A DNA stretch of 64,000 bases from Candidatus Levyibacteriota bacterium. Its GTDB lineage: Bacteria; Patescibacteriota; Microgenomatia; Levybacterales; UBA12049. The position numbers and the translations under genes were made by a program. Positions within the stretch are counted from its first letter, which is position 1. The number at the start of each line of letters is the position of its first letter. Of this stretch, positions 47,819-57,700 are shown in pieces. Location: contig JBDRBE010000004.1 in assembly GCA_043823085.1 (NCBI GenBank), positions 269,992 to 333,991 of the forward strand, given 5' to 3'. Under the pieces are notes generated by a model. That model saw nothing but the letters and a program-made list of their open reading frames with translations. It ran no database searches and had not been told where the DNA came from.

Positions 47819-50287
47819 ATGACTAATATCGGTAAAATTCAGCCCGTTGAAATCACAACGGAAATGAAGAAAAGTTATCTTGATTACGCCATGAGCGTAA
47901 TTGTTGCCCGTGCTTTACCTGATGTTAAAGACGGTCTAAAACCGGTCCACAGACGCATCCTCTACGCCATGCACGAAATGAATCTAACCCACAGCGCTAA
48001 ATACGCAAAAAGTGCAAAAATTGTCGGAGAAGTCATGGGGAAATATCATCCTCACGGAGATATGCCAATTTATGACGCTCTTGTCCGGCTTGCACAGAAT
48101 TTTTCCATGCGTTATCCGCTTATTGACGGTCAGGGTAACTTTGGTTCCATGGACGGCGATCCGCCGGCAGCAATGAGATACACAGAGGCCAGACTTGCCG
48201 CAATAACTTCCGAGATGCTTTACGATTTAGACAAAGAGACTGTCTTGTATACGCAAAATTTTGACGCGACTCTTAAAGAACCTCTATATCTGCCTGCAAA
48301 ACTGCCGAATTTACTTTTGATGGGATCTGAAGGCATTGCTGTTGGCATGGCAACCAAAATTCCTCCGCATAATCTTGGAGAAGTTATTGACGCGATTAAT
48401 TTTATGATCGAAAAAACAACTATTTCCAAAGATGAAAAACATACCTTTAACACATCGGGCATGACCATTGACGAACTTTTAGAATTTATTAAAGGCCCGG
48501 ATTTTCCAACATATGGCGTAATTTACGATATATCAGAAATAAAAAATGTATATTTAACAGGACGGGGACGAATAATTATTCGCGGAAAAGCGGATATTGA
48601 AGATATTGGCAATGGAAAATCCGCGATTATAATTACCGAACTTCCGTATCAAGTTAACAAAGCACTGCTTGTGGCGCGCATTGCCGATTTGGCAAAAGAG
48701 AAAAAGGTTGAAGGAATTTCAGATCTCCGCGACGAATCGGACAGACATGGAATAAGAGTTGTTGTCGAATTAAAAAGAGACACTACGCCAAAAAAAGTTT
48801 TGAATAATTTGTTTAAACACACCGCTCTTCAAACAATTTTTCCGGCAAACATTGTTGCTTTGGTAGACGGAACACCCCAAACATTAAACCTTAAAACAAT
48901 TTTGGAAGAATATTTAAAACATCGTTTTTCTGTGATTTTCAAACGGTCTGAATTTGAACTCGTCCAGTCAAAAGCAAGACTGCATATTTTAAAAGGGTTA
49001 AAAATTGCGGTTGATAATATTGACGCCGTTATAAAAACCATCCGCGCCTCAAAAACACAAGAAGAGGCAAAGCAAAATTTAATGGAAAAATTCAAGTTAT
49101 CGGATCTTCAGGCAACTGCAATTTTGGACATGCAACTCCGCCGTCTTGCAGCCCTTGAAAGACAAAAAATTGAAGACGAGTACGAAATGGTTAAAGAAAC
49201 AATTGAATATCTTGAGGATTTGCTTGCCAATCCGCCAAAAATTTTAAAAGTAATAAAAGGCGAGCTTTCAAATCTCAGAGAGAAATATCATGATGAGCGA
49301 AGAACCAGAGTTTTTAAAAGTAAAGTCGGCGAGTTTTCCGAAGAAGACCTCATTCCAAATGAACCAACAGTTATAACACTGACAACAACCGGCTATATTA
49401 AAAGACAATCGTTGAATAGTTTTAGAACCCAGCATCGTGGCGGCAAAGGCGTAAGAGGAATGACTACAAAAGATGAAGATGGAATTATGCATATTCAATA
49501 TGCCCAAACCCATGATAATATTCTTTTCTTTACCAACAAAGGAAAAGTTTATCAGCTTCGCGCTTTTGAAATTGCCGAAAGCTCCAGAACCAGTAAAGGC
49601 AGTGCCATTATAAATTTATTGAGCATAGAAGTTGGTGAAAAAGTCGAATCTTTTGTAGTTTATGGAAAAAACCAAGGAAAAAAATATGTCTTTTTAACGA
49701 CAAGAAAGGGTACGGTCAAAAAATCAGCTCTTTCGGAATTTGAAAATATCAGAAGAAGCGGAATTGCGTCCATTAAACTTGATAAAAACGACGAACTTGT
49801 TTGGTCCGATTTAACAAGCGGAGACAGTGATGTTTTAATCGTTACAAAAAACGGCAAGGCCATAAGATTTTCGGAAAAAACGGCAAGGCCATTGGGACGA
49901 AACACCATGGGCGTTCGAGGAATAAAAATTACAGGAGACGACGAAGTAATCGGAATGGATGTTATCGAAAAAGGACAAAACCCTGATCTTTTGACCATTA
50001 TGGAAAGAGGTCTTGGTAAAAAAACCCCGGTTAATCAATTTCACAAGCAAAGCAGAGGAGGACAGGGAGTAAAAGTAGCAAAAGTCACACAAAAAACCGG
50101 AAAAGTCGCTTTTGCCCAAGTAATTCCCCAAATTTGCGAAGAAATTATTGTCACATCCAAACGCGGACAAATTGTTAAACTTGAACTCTCGTCTATTCCA
50201 AAGCTTTCGCGGGCAACACAAGGCGTAATTTTAATGAGATTTTCAAATCAGGCAGACAGCGTAACCTCGGGAACTTGTCTTGGTTAA
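47819..50287 (+). CDS. gyrA: DNA gyrase subunit A
   Basis: Catalytic Tyr region ([10 protein letters not shown]), QRDR-like region, C-terminal beta-pinwheel repeats. Confidence 0.95.
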   Translation: MTNIGKIQPVEITTEMKKSYLDYAMSVIVARALPDVKDGLKPVHRRILYAMHEMNLTHSAKYAKSAKIVGEVMGKYHPHGDMPIYDALVRLAQNFSMRYPLIDGQGNFGSMDGDPPAAMRYTEARLAAITSEMLYDLDKETVLYTQNFDATLKEPLYLPAKLPNLLLMGSEGIAVGMATKIPPHNLGEVIDAINFMIEKTTISKDEKHTFNTSGMTIDELLEFIKGPDFPTYGVIYDISEIKNVYLTGRGRIIIRGKADIEDIGNGKSAIIITELPYQVNKALLVARIADLAKEKKVEGISDLRDESDRHGIRVVVELKRDTTPKKVLNNLFKHTALQTIFPANIVALVDGTPQTLNLKTILEEYLKHRFSVIFKRSEFELVQSKARLHILKGLKIAVDNIDAVIKTIRASKTQEEAKQNLMEKFKLSDLQATAILDMQLRRLAALERQKIEDEYEMVKETIEYLEDLLANPPKILKVIKGELSNLREKYHDERRTRVFKSKVGEFSEEDLIPNEPTVITLTTTGYIKRQSLNSFRTQHRGGKGVRGMTTKDEDGIMHIQYAQTHDNILFFTNKGKVYQLRAFEIAESSRTSKGSAIINLLSIEVGEKVESFVVYGKNQGKKYVFLTTRKGTVKKSALSEFENIRRSGIASIKLDKNDELVWSDLTSGDSDVLIVTKNGKAIRFSEKTARPLGRNTMGVRGIKITGDDEVIGMDVIEKGQNPDLLTIMERGLGKKTPVNQFHKQSRGGQGVKVAKVTQKTGKVAFAQVIPQICEEIIVTSKRGQIVKLELSSIPKLSRATQGVILMRFSNQADSVTSGTCLG

Positions 50288-50295
50288 TAAAAAAC

Positions 50296-51336
50296 ATGAA
50301 AATTGATGGAAAAGAAATTGCTAAAAATATCCTCGAAGATCTCAAAATTAGAGTTGAAAAATTAAAAGAGAAAAATATAATCCCAGGACTTTCGATAATT
50401 TTAGTTGGAGATAACCCGGCTTCCAAAGCTTATGTTCGGCAAAAAGAATTAAAAGCAGAAAAAATAGGAGCAAATGCTGTCGTTTTGAATTTAGATTCTA
50501 AAACTTCAAATTCTGAATTACTAAAAACAATTGAGCAATGGAACAATGATAGCAATATTCATGGAATGATTGTTCAGCGACCTCTTCCTTCGCATATTGA
50601 TGAGAAAAAAATTGATCTTGCAACCGACCCCAAAAAAGATATTGACTCCTTCCATCCAAAGTCTCCTTATCCAATGCCTCTTGCCGCAGCAGTTTTGAAA
50701 ATTTTAGAGGAAATTTATTTATTTACAAATGGCGCGGGAAGACACAAAATTTTCGCAAAGCGAGGTACAACGCATCATAACAAAGATTTTTATCGCGGGG
50801 AGTCTTTTCATGAGGCGATGTCTTCACTAGAGTCGCCGAAGGTGACCGTATCCCGAGACGAGCCACTTGACGGCGAGTCGGAGGGACGCTTGTGTTTGAA
50901 GACTCGCCAAACTGAAAAGACGACCTCAGCGATAAACCCTATCAACTTTAAAGAGTGGTTAAAATCTAAAAGAATTGTCGTGATTGGTAAAGGGAAAACA
51001 GGCGGGGGCCCAACTATTCAAATGCTAAAAAAAATGGGGGTTGAACTTCAAATTATCGACAGCAAAACCCAAAATCCAAAAGATTTCACAAAATCTGCAG
51101 ACATAATTATTTCAACTGTCGGAAAACCAAATATTTTGAAGCCGGAAATGATTAAAAAGGGAATAATTTTAATAAGTGTGGGCCAGCATAAAGGAATTGA
51201 CGGAAAATTCCATGGAGATTATGAGGAAAATGAAATTAAAAATATCGCCTCTTTTTACACCCCAACTCCCGGGGGCATCGGCCCTGTCAACGTCGCCATG
51301 CTTCTTGAAAACCTCGTCACCGCCGCCCAAAATTGA
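50296..51336 (+). CDS. folD: methylenetetrahydrofolate dehydrogenase/cyclohydrolase with an in-frame insertion of about 76 aa and a recoded 3' end
   Basis: N-terminal MKIDGKEIA...YVRQKELK; C-terminal TPTPGGIGPVNVAMLLENL. GC-rich insert between ILEE and IVVIGKG. Confidence 0.8.
   Translation: MKIDGKEIAKNILEDLKIRVEKLKEKNIIPGLSIILVGDNPASKAYVRQKELKAEKIGANAVVLNLDSKTSNSELLKTIEQWNNDSNIHGMIVQRPLPSHIDEKKIDLATDPKKDIDSFHPKSPYPMPLAAAVLKILEEIYLFTNGAGRHKIFAKRGTTHHNKDFYRGESFHEAMSSLESPKVTVSRDEPLDGESEGRLCLKTRQTEKTTSAINPINFKEWLKSKRIVVIGKGKTGGGPTIQMLKKMGVELQIIDSKTQNPKDFTKSADIIISTVGKPNILKPEMIKKGIILISVGQHKGIDGKFHGDYEENEIKNIASFYTPTPGGIGPVNVAMLLENLVTAAQN
50712..50940 (+). repeat. GC-rich in-frame insertion in folD sharing motifs with the purH/carB palindromic elements
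   Basis: Contains tcatgaggcg...cctcagcg termini, atcccgagac core, and ggcgagtc/gactcgcc inverted repeats. About 50% GC against about 33% in flanks. Confidence 0.5.
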
Positions 51337-51370
51337 TTTTCATCTAGCCTTGTGTTAATATCACGCTAAT

Positions 51371-52033
51371 ATGAGCAAAGAAAAGAAAGCAGGAGAACTA
51401 GCAAGACGTATTGAAGAAAAGAGACAAGAATCAATACGAGAAGAGGTCACTAAATTATTAGAAAAGATAAATCAAAAAATTTGCAGAATGAAGCAGTGGC
51501 GAGTAGATATCGAGGAAGCAGGAGTAGAAAATGTCTCTGTGCCAGAAGTTATACTGGCAACTGATGAATTAACAAAAGAAGCATTTGAAGAACTTGAAGT
51601 TAAACATATTCCAATCGTTATTCTGTCAGCTCCCCAAGAAAGGCAACAAGGTCCGATAAAAGTGTTCGTTACCAATGATCATCCTATTGATCATTTTAGT
51701 GTCACAAATTTTGATTTATCTGCTCATCTTCCCTTAGTCACAAGCCCCATTTGCTTAACAACTGCATTTAAAGATTATCGATATCCAGAGAATAGATATT
51801 ATAGTTTTTTCCCAATAGAAGGACGGATGAATCCTTGTCTCCCTTATTTACCAGGAGTTGATGGAACTAACTCTGCAAGTTTTCAAGATCCACGAGATGA
51901 AGAAAGTATGACCATAATTGTAATTGATGCCCGTTTTCCAACATCAGAAAGAGATGTGACATTTTTTCCAGCTGAAGTTCCGAGAGATGCAATGGAAACA
52001 CTTAGCGGTGTGCAATTTTTTCGCGATCGATAA
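51371..52033 (+). CDS. hypothetical protein (220 aa), cargo of an insertion at the folD 3' end
   Basis: ORF lies between the two copies of the 24-bp core caacgtcgccatgcttcttgaaaa. Charged N-terminus. Confidence 0.55.
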   Translation: MSKEKKAGELARRIEEKRQESIREEVTKLLEKINQKICRMKQWRVDIEEAGVENVSVPEVILATDELTKEAFEELEVKHIPIVILSAPQERQQGPIKVFVTNDHPIDHFSVTNFDLSAHLPLVTSPICLTTAFKDYRYPENRYYSFFPIEGRMNPCLPYLPGVDGTNSASFQDPRDEESMTIIVIDARFPTSERDVTFFPAEVPRDAMETLSGVQFFRDR

Positions 52034-52203
52034 CAAAGTTTCGAATTCCCACATCCACTTCTTTCCACTTTAATGACATATATTATTAAAGTGATTTATA
52101 CTTATCTCAACTCTATGACTTCTAGCGTTCATTTTATAACTTCGTTGCTTTTGGATTATCACGGCAATCTTTCCGAGGACCGTCCCCATTATTTATCTCC
52201 CTT

Positions 52204-52261
52204 CAACGTCGCCATGCTTCTTGAAAATTTAGTCGTTGCAACAGAAACTAGCTCAACATAA
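52204..52261 (+). pseudogene. displaced native-like 3' end fragment of folD (encodes ...SPFNVAMLLENLVVATETSST*)
   Basis: 24-bp identity with folD 51288..51311 followed by AT-rich codons for the same C-terminal peptide. Confidence 0.6.
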
Positions 52262-52317
52262 AAATTCAGAATGAAGATTCTATCAGAATTATGCAGATGC
52301 GAAGAGAACTTCAGTTT

Positions 52318-52440
52318 CTAGTTCTTTTTTGCGTCTTTCCTCTTTTTCCTCCAACTTCCGTCTTTATTTCTGTCTCTCGGTTGTTTCCCTCCGTGTTCGT
52401 CCCTGACATAAGGACCTTTCCCCAATCTTCTATCTCCCAT
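52318..52440 (-). CDS. possible 40-aa highly basic small protein (MGDRRLGKGPYVRDEHGGKQPRDRNKDGSWRKKRKDAKKN)
   Basis: AAGGAGGTG 6 nt upstream of the ATG on the minus strand, inside a 360-bp CT-rich intergenic region. Below the ORF-track size cut-off. Confidence 0.3.
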   Translation of the reverse strand: MGDRRLGKGPYVRDEHGGKQPRDRNKDGSWRKKRKDAKKN

Positions 52441-52623
52441 TTGCTCCACCTCCTTTCATAAAAAAATCCTATTTTTCAAATATAATCGTCGCAACTTTAG
52501 TATACCACCACAACGAAGCGGAATCATCATTTTTTCCCAATTGACAACAAATACCCCTTCTGTTAAAGTAAAATCCCAGAGCGACCTGCCATCCGCGTAG
52601 CGCGAGCAAAAGCCCTGGTTTTT

Positions 52624-53580
52624 ATGGATAAAATTAACGGAAAGTTCAAAGGTAAAGATATTCTTTCCCTCGATCAATTCTCCCCAAAAGACATCAGTAT
52701 CCTCTTTAAATTAACTAAAAAAATGAAAAATATCGCGTATAATGCCAGACCATCAAAGGTACTCCATGGTAATATTGTTGTTCTTCTTTTTTATGAACCC
52801 TCCAGTCGTACATTTGGATCTTTTTCAGCTTCTGCTAAACAATTAGGAGGACAAACAGTTGAAATTCAAAACCCTCAAGAATTTTCATCGGTTTCAAAAG
52901 GAGAAACATTCGAAGATACCATGCGAGTTTTTGAAGCATATTGCGACGCAATCGTAATTCGCCACCCGGAAGTCGGCAGCGCAAAAAAAGCAGCCGATTT
53001 TGCAAAACGTGTTCCTGTTATTAATGCCGGTGACGGAGTAGGAGAACACCCAACGCAAACTCTTTTAGATCTCTATACTATTTATGAGAAATTTCAAAGA
53101 CTCGATAATTTAATAGGCGTTGCCGTAGGAGATATTCTTAATGGAAGAGCCGTTAAATCATTAATTCGAGGTCTTTCTTTGTTTCCGAAAAACAGGTTCT
53201 ATCTTCTTTCGCCAAATGAACTCAAACTTTCAAGAGAAGATTTTGATAATTTCAAAAAACTCAAAATAAAATTAATAGAAATAAAAAGCGAAAAAGAAAT
53301 TCCAAAAAACGCTAATTTTTGGTATTGGACAAGAACACAAAAAGAACGATTTAAAACTAAAAAGGCATACGAAAAAGTGAAAAATCGTTTTATTCTGACA
53401 AATGATCTACTAAAAAAATATGGGAATAAAAATTTGATTTTAATGCACCCATTGCCAAGAGTTGGAGAAATTGAAACAGATATTGATATTGACCCACGGG
53501 CAGTTTATTTAACTTCGCAAACAAGAAATGGAATGTATATTCGCATGGCGCTTTTAGCGCTAGTTTTAGGTAAAATATGA
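52624..53580 (+). CDS. pyrB: aspartate carbamoyltransferase catalytic subunit
   Basis: EPSSRTFGSF, HPTQ, HPLPRV motifs. Confidence 0.9.
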   Translation: MDKINGKFKGKDILSLDQFSPKDISILFKLTKKMKNIAYNARPSKVLHGNIVVLLFYEPSSRTFGSFSASAKQLGGQTVEIQNPQEFSSVSKGETFEDTMRVFEAYCDAIVIRHPEVGSAKKAADFAKRVPVINAGDGVGEHPTQTLLDLYTIYEKFQRLDNLIGVAVGDILNGRAVKSLIRGLSLFPKNRFYLLSPNELKLSREDFDNFKKLKIKLIEIKSEKEIPKNANFWYWTRTQKERFKTKKAYEKVKNRFILTNDLLKKYGNKNLILMHPLPRVGEIETDIDIDPRAVYLTSQTRNGMYIRMALLALVLGKI

Positions 53581-54632
53581 CTGGAAAATTAATTTTAGAA
53601 GATGGAACTACTCTAGAAGGCCAAAGTTTTGGAGCAGAAATTAGTGTTGCCGGCGAAGTAGTTTTTTCAACCGGCATGGTGGGATACCCCGAAAGCATTA
53701 CAGATCCCTCGTATCAAGGACAGATTTTAATCATGACCTACCCTTTAATTGGAAACTATGGCGTTCCCAAAAAATCCTATTGGGAGTCCGATAGTATAAA
53801 AGTTTCTGGACTTATAGTTTCAAGCTACATTGACACACCGTCGCATTTTCAAAACACAATGACTCTTTCCAGATGGCTTAAAAATGAAAATATTCCATCA
53901 CTTGAAATCGCAGATACCAGATTTTTAGCGCAAAAAATTAGAGAGAAGGGGACAATGCTTGGAAAAATTATTTTAAATAAAACCCTTGATTTTTACGATC
54001 CGAACAAAAGAAATCTTGTGGCTGATGTATCTTCTAAAAAAGTTGAAATTTTAGGAAATGGCAAAAAAACCATAGTTCTTATTGATTGCGGAGTTAAAAG
54101 AAATATTGTCAATAACCTTTTAAAAAAAGGGGTAAAAATTATTAAAGTCCCTTGGGACTTCGATCCCTTCAACTCCTTTTTACACCCCGGGGGTGTAAAG
54201 CTAAACTTTGATGGCATTGTCATTTCTAATGGTCCAGGCGACCCAAAGATGGCAAATAAAACTATTGAAACAATTAAAAAAGCATTGGAAAAGAAAATTC
54301 CTATTTTTGGAATTTGTCTTGGAAACCAAATTTTGGCATTGGCCGCCGGAGGAGACACATATAAACTAAAATTCGGACACAGAAGCCAAAACCAGCCTTG
54401 CGTAATGAGTGACTCCCAACGGTGTTTTATAACCGTCCAAAACCACGGTTTTGCGGTTGAAAAAATCCCTAAGGATTTTAAACCGTGGTTTATAAATGCC
54501 AACGACAAATCAAACGAAGGAATTATTCACAAAAATCTGCCTTTTATGTCGGTTCAATTCCACCCCGAAGCAACTCCAGGCCCACAAGACACAGAATGGA
54601 TATTTGATTATTTCTTGGAAAGGATACCTTAA
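53577..54632 (+). CDS. carA: carbamoyl-phosphate synthase small (glutamine amidotransferase) subunit
   Basis: CPSase small-chain N-domain plus GATase GICLGNQ, HGF. Confidence 0.9.
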   Translation: MTGKLILEDGTTLEGQSFGAEISVAGEVVFSTGMVGYPESITDPSYQGQILIMTYPLIGNYGVPKKSYWESDSIKVSGLIVSSYIDTPSHFQNTMTLSRWLKNENIPSLEIADTRFLAQKIREKGTMLGKIILNKTLDFYDPNKRNLVADVSSKKVEILGNGKKTIVLIDCGVKRNIVNNLLKKGVKIIKVPWDFDPFNSFLHPGGVKLNFDGIVISNGPGDPKMANKTIETIKKALEKKIPIFGICLGNQILALAAGGDTYKLKFGHRSQNQPCVMSDSQRCFITVQNHGFAVEKIPKDFKPWFINANDKSNEGIIHKNLPFMSVQFHPEATPGPQDTEWIFDYFLERIP

Positions 54633-54633
54633 T

Positions 54634-54717
54634 GTCATGCCGAAATCTTTAGGTGTCGTCCTGAATTTATTTCAGGACCTCGTTTTGCTCGAGATGCCGA
54701 AACAAGTTCGGCATGAC
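54634..54717 (+). repeat. 84-bp nested palindromic element (MITE/REP-like) between carA and carB
   Basis: Outer arms gtcatgccgaa / ttcggcatgac (11 bp perfect). Inner hairpin gtcctgaa-ttta-tttcaggac. Confidence 0.7.
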
Positions 54718-54731
54718 AAGGAGAAAATAAT

Positions 54732-57700
54732 ATGAAAATTAAAAAAGTACTAATTTTGGGCTCTGGAGCGTTGAAAATTGGCGAGGCGGGGGAGTTTGAC
54801 TACTCCGGTTCTCAAGCCATTAAAGCCCTTAAAGAGGAAGGGATAAAAACAGTTTTAGTTAATCCAAACATTGCCACTATTCAAACCTCAAAATTTTTAG
54901 CAGACACTGTTTACTTTCTTCCCATTGATGATTTTTTTGTCGAAAAAATAATTAAAAAAGAAAAGCCAGACGGGATCCTTCTCTCTTTTGGCGGCCAAAC
55001 AGCTCTCAATTGCGGAATAAATCTCTACAAAAAAGGGGTTCTTAAAAAGAATAATGTACAGATACTTGGCACTCCGATCTCGGCAATTCTTTTAACCGAA
55101 GATCGCAATAAATTCGCCAAACATCTTTTAAAAATAGGGGTTCCGATTCCAAAAAGCCAGACAGCAAATTCAGCAAAACAGGTAAAAATAATCGCTAAAG
55201 AAATTGGTTTTCCGGTGATGGTAAGAGCCGGTTTTACTCTAGGAGGACAAGGATCGGGAATTGCACAAAACGAGAAGGAATTAAATAAAATAGCGGAAGC
55301 GGCTTTTTCTTTTGCCCCGCAGGTTTTAATTGAAAAATATTTACATCACTACAAAGAAATTGAATACGAAGTTGTCCGCGACAAATTTGATAATTGTATT
55401 ACAGTCTGCAATATGGAAAACATGGACCCTATGGGAATTCACACCGGCGAATCTATTGTGGTTGCTCCTAGCCAAACTTTAAATAATTTTGAATATCAGG
55501 CTTTGCGAAACGCAGCCATAAAAATTGTCCGAAGTCTAAAAATCGTCGGCGAATGCAATGTCCAATTTGCATTAAACCCAAACCCTAATCGCAATGTCAT
55601 CCTGAGGAGCAAAGCGACGAAGGATCTCACCGACGTTCGAGATTCTTCGACTTCGCCTCAGAATGACAATAATGATATTGAATACTACGTTATCGAGGTC
55701 AACGCCCGGCTTTCCCGAAGTTCAGCTCTGGCATCAAAAGCAACCGGATATCCGCTTGCCTATGTCGCAGCAAAATTGGCACTCGAAAAAAATCTTACTT
55801 CTATCAAAAATAAAGTTACCAGCATTACCCAATCCTGTTTTGAACCGGCTCTTGATTATATTGTTGTCAAAATTCCCCGCTGGGATATAGAAAAATTCAA
55901 AGGCGCAGAAGAACAAATTGGAAGCAGTATGAAATCAGTCGGAGAAGTGATGGGAATTGGAAGGACTTTTGAAGAAACGTATCAAAAAGCCATCCGCATG
56001 CTTGATTTAGATTTTGAGGGCGCGGTAAATGAAAAAATAATAAAAAATGAAAAGTCATTAACTTATCAATTAAAAACACCAACCCCAAAACGCATTTTCG
56101 CAATTGCCAAAGCGATTTCGCAAAACTTTTCCATTAAAAGAATCAATCAATTAACTGGAATTGACCCGTGGTTTTTATATCATATTAAAAGCATCGTTGA
56201 TCAAGAAAAAAACCTCCGGAATAAAAAAATAAATGATTTATCCAAAGAAAAATTATTAGAATTAAAGAGATTAGGATTTTCCGACAAACGCATCGGGCAG
56301 CTTCTGGGAGTCTTGGGACTTGAAATTAGAAAAATTAGGAAGAAATGGAAAATTTTGCCAAACGTTTTTCAAATTGACACTCTGGCAGGCGAATTTCCCG
56401 CTAAAACCAATTATCTTTACACAACATACGGTAATAATCATGATGATGTTAAACCGGCCGGAAAAAGCGGAGTGATAGTTTTGGGCTCAGGCCCTTACAG
56501 AATTGGTTCGTCTGTTGAATTTGACTGGACAAGTGTTAATACTGTTTTGGCGCTAAAAGAACATAAAAAACAATCGATAATAATAAACTGCAATCCGGAA
56601 ACCGTTTCCACAGACTATGATATTTCCGACCGGCTTTATTTTGAAGAATTATCATTTGAAAGAATCGCAGATATTTATGAATTTGAAAATCCGTTGGGCG
56701 TTATTATTTCTGTGGGCGGACAAACGCCAAACAACAGAGCAAAATCGCTAAAAAGTTATGGCTTTCATATTCTTGGGACAGACCCCGCAAATATTGACAG
56801 GGCAGAGGATAGGAATAAATTTTCCAAACTTCTTGACCATCTTAAAATTTCACAGCCTCCCTGGAACAAATTTTCTAACATTAAAGATGCTTTAAGTTTT
56901 TGCGAAAAAGTAGGCTACCCTGTATTAATTCGTCCTTCTTATGTACTATCTGGAACAAGTATGAATATCTGTTATGACCAAAAAGAATTTCTTCATTATC
57001 TTAAAAAAGCTTCTTACATTTCCAAAGAATATCCCGTAACAGTTTCCAAATTTATTAAAGATGCAAAGGAAATTGAGTATGACGCGGTCGCCCAAAAAGG
57101 AAAAATCAAGACCTCGGTGATTTCCGAACACATAGAAAATGCCGGAATTCATTCGGGAGACGCAACAATTGTACTCCCGCCGCAAAAAATTTATCTTGAA
57201 ACGCAAAGAAAAATCCATAACGTTGCCAATAAATTAGCAGAGTCTCTTGTTATTTCCGGCCCTTTCAACATACAATTTTTAGCCAAAGATAATGATATTT
57301 CTGTAATCGAAATTAATCTTCGCTCATCGCGGACTTTTCCTTTTATTTCCAAGGTTACCGGCGTTGATTTTATCAAACTCTCTGTAGATTCTTTTTTTGG
57401 CAAACATATTCCGAAGATTTTCACCAATTCATTAAAATTTACAGCAGTAAAAGTTGCCCAGTTTTCTTTTGCAAGACTTACCGGCGCAGATCCGATAATT
57501 CGTGTCGAAATGGCATCAACCGGCGAGGTGGCTTGTTTTGGAGAAAATGTTGAGGAGGCGTTTTTAAAAGGAGAACTTGCTGTTGGTGGAAAAATTCCAA
57601 AAATCGGTGTCTTCCTAAGTTTAGGGGGAGAAGAAAATAAAATTAAATTTTTAGAAAACTTTCCTCATTTGAAATTTTTGAATCTTCCGATTTTTGCAAC

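Noticed and set aside
54496-54735. 79-aa ORF spanning the carA end and the carA-carB spacer
   Set aside because: Reads through the palindromic element in an alternative frame of carA. No independent start signal.
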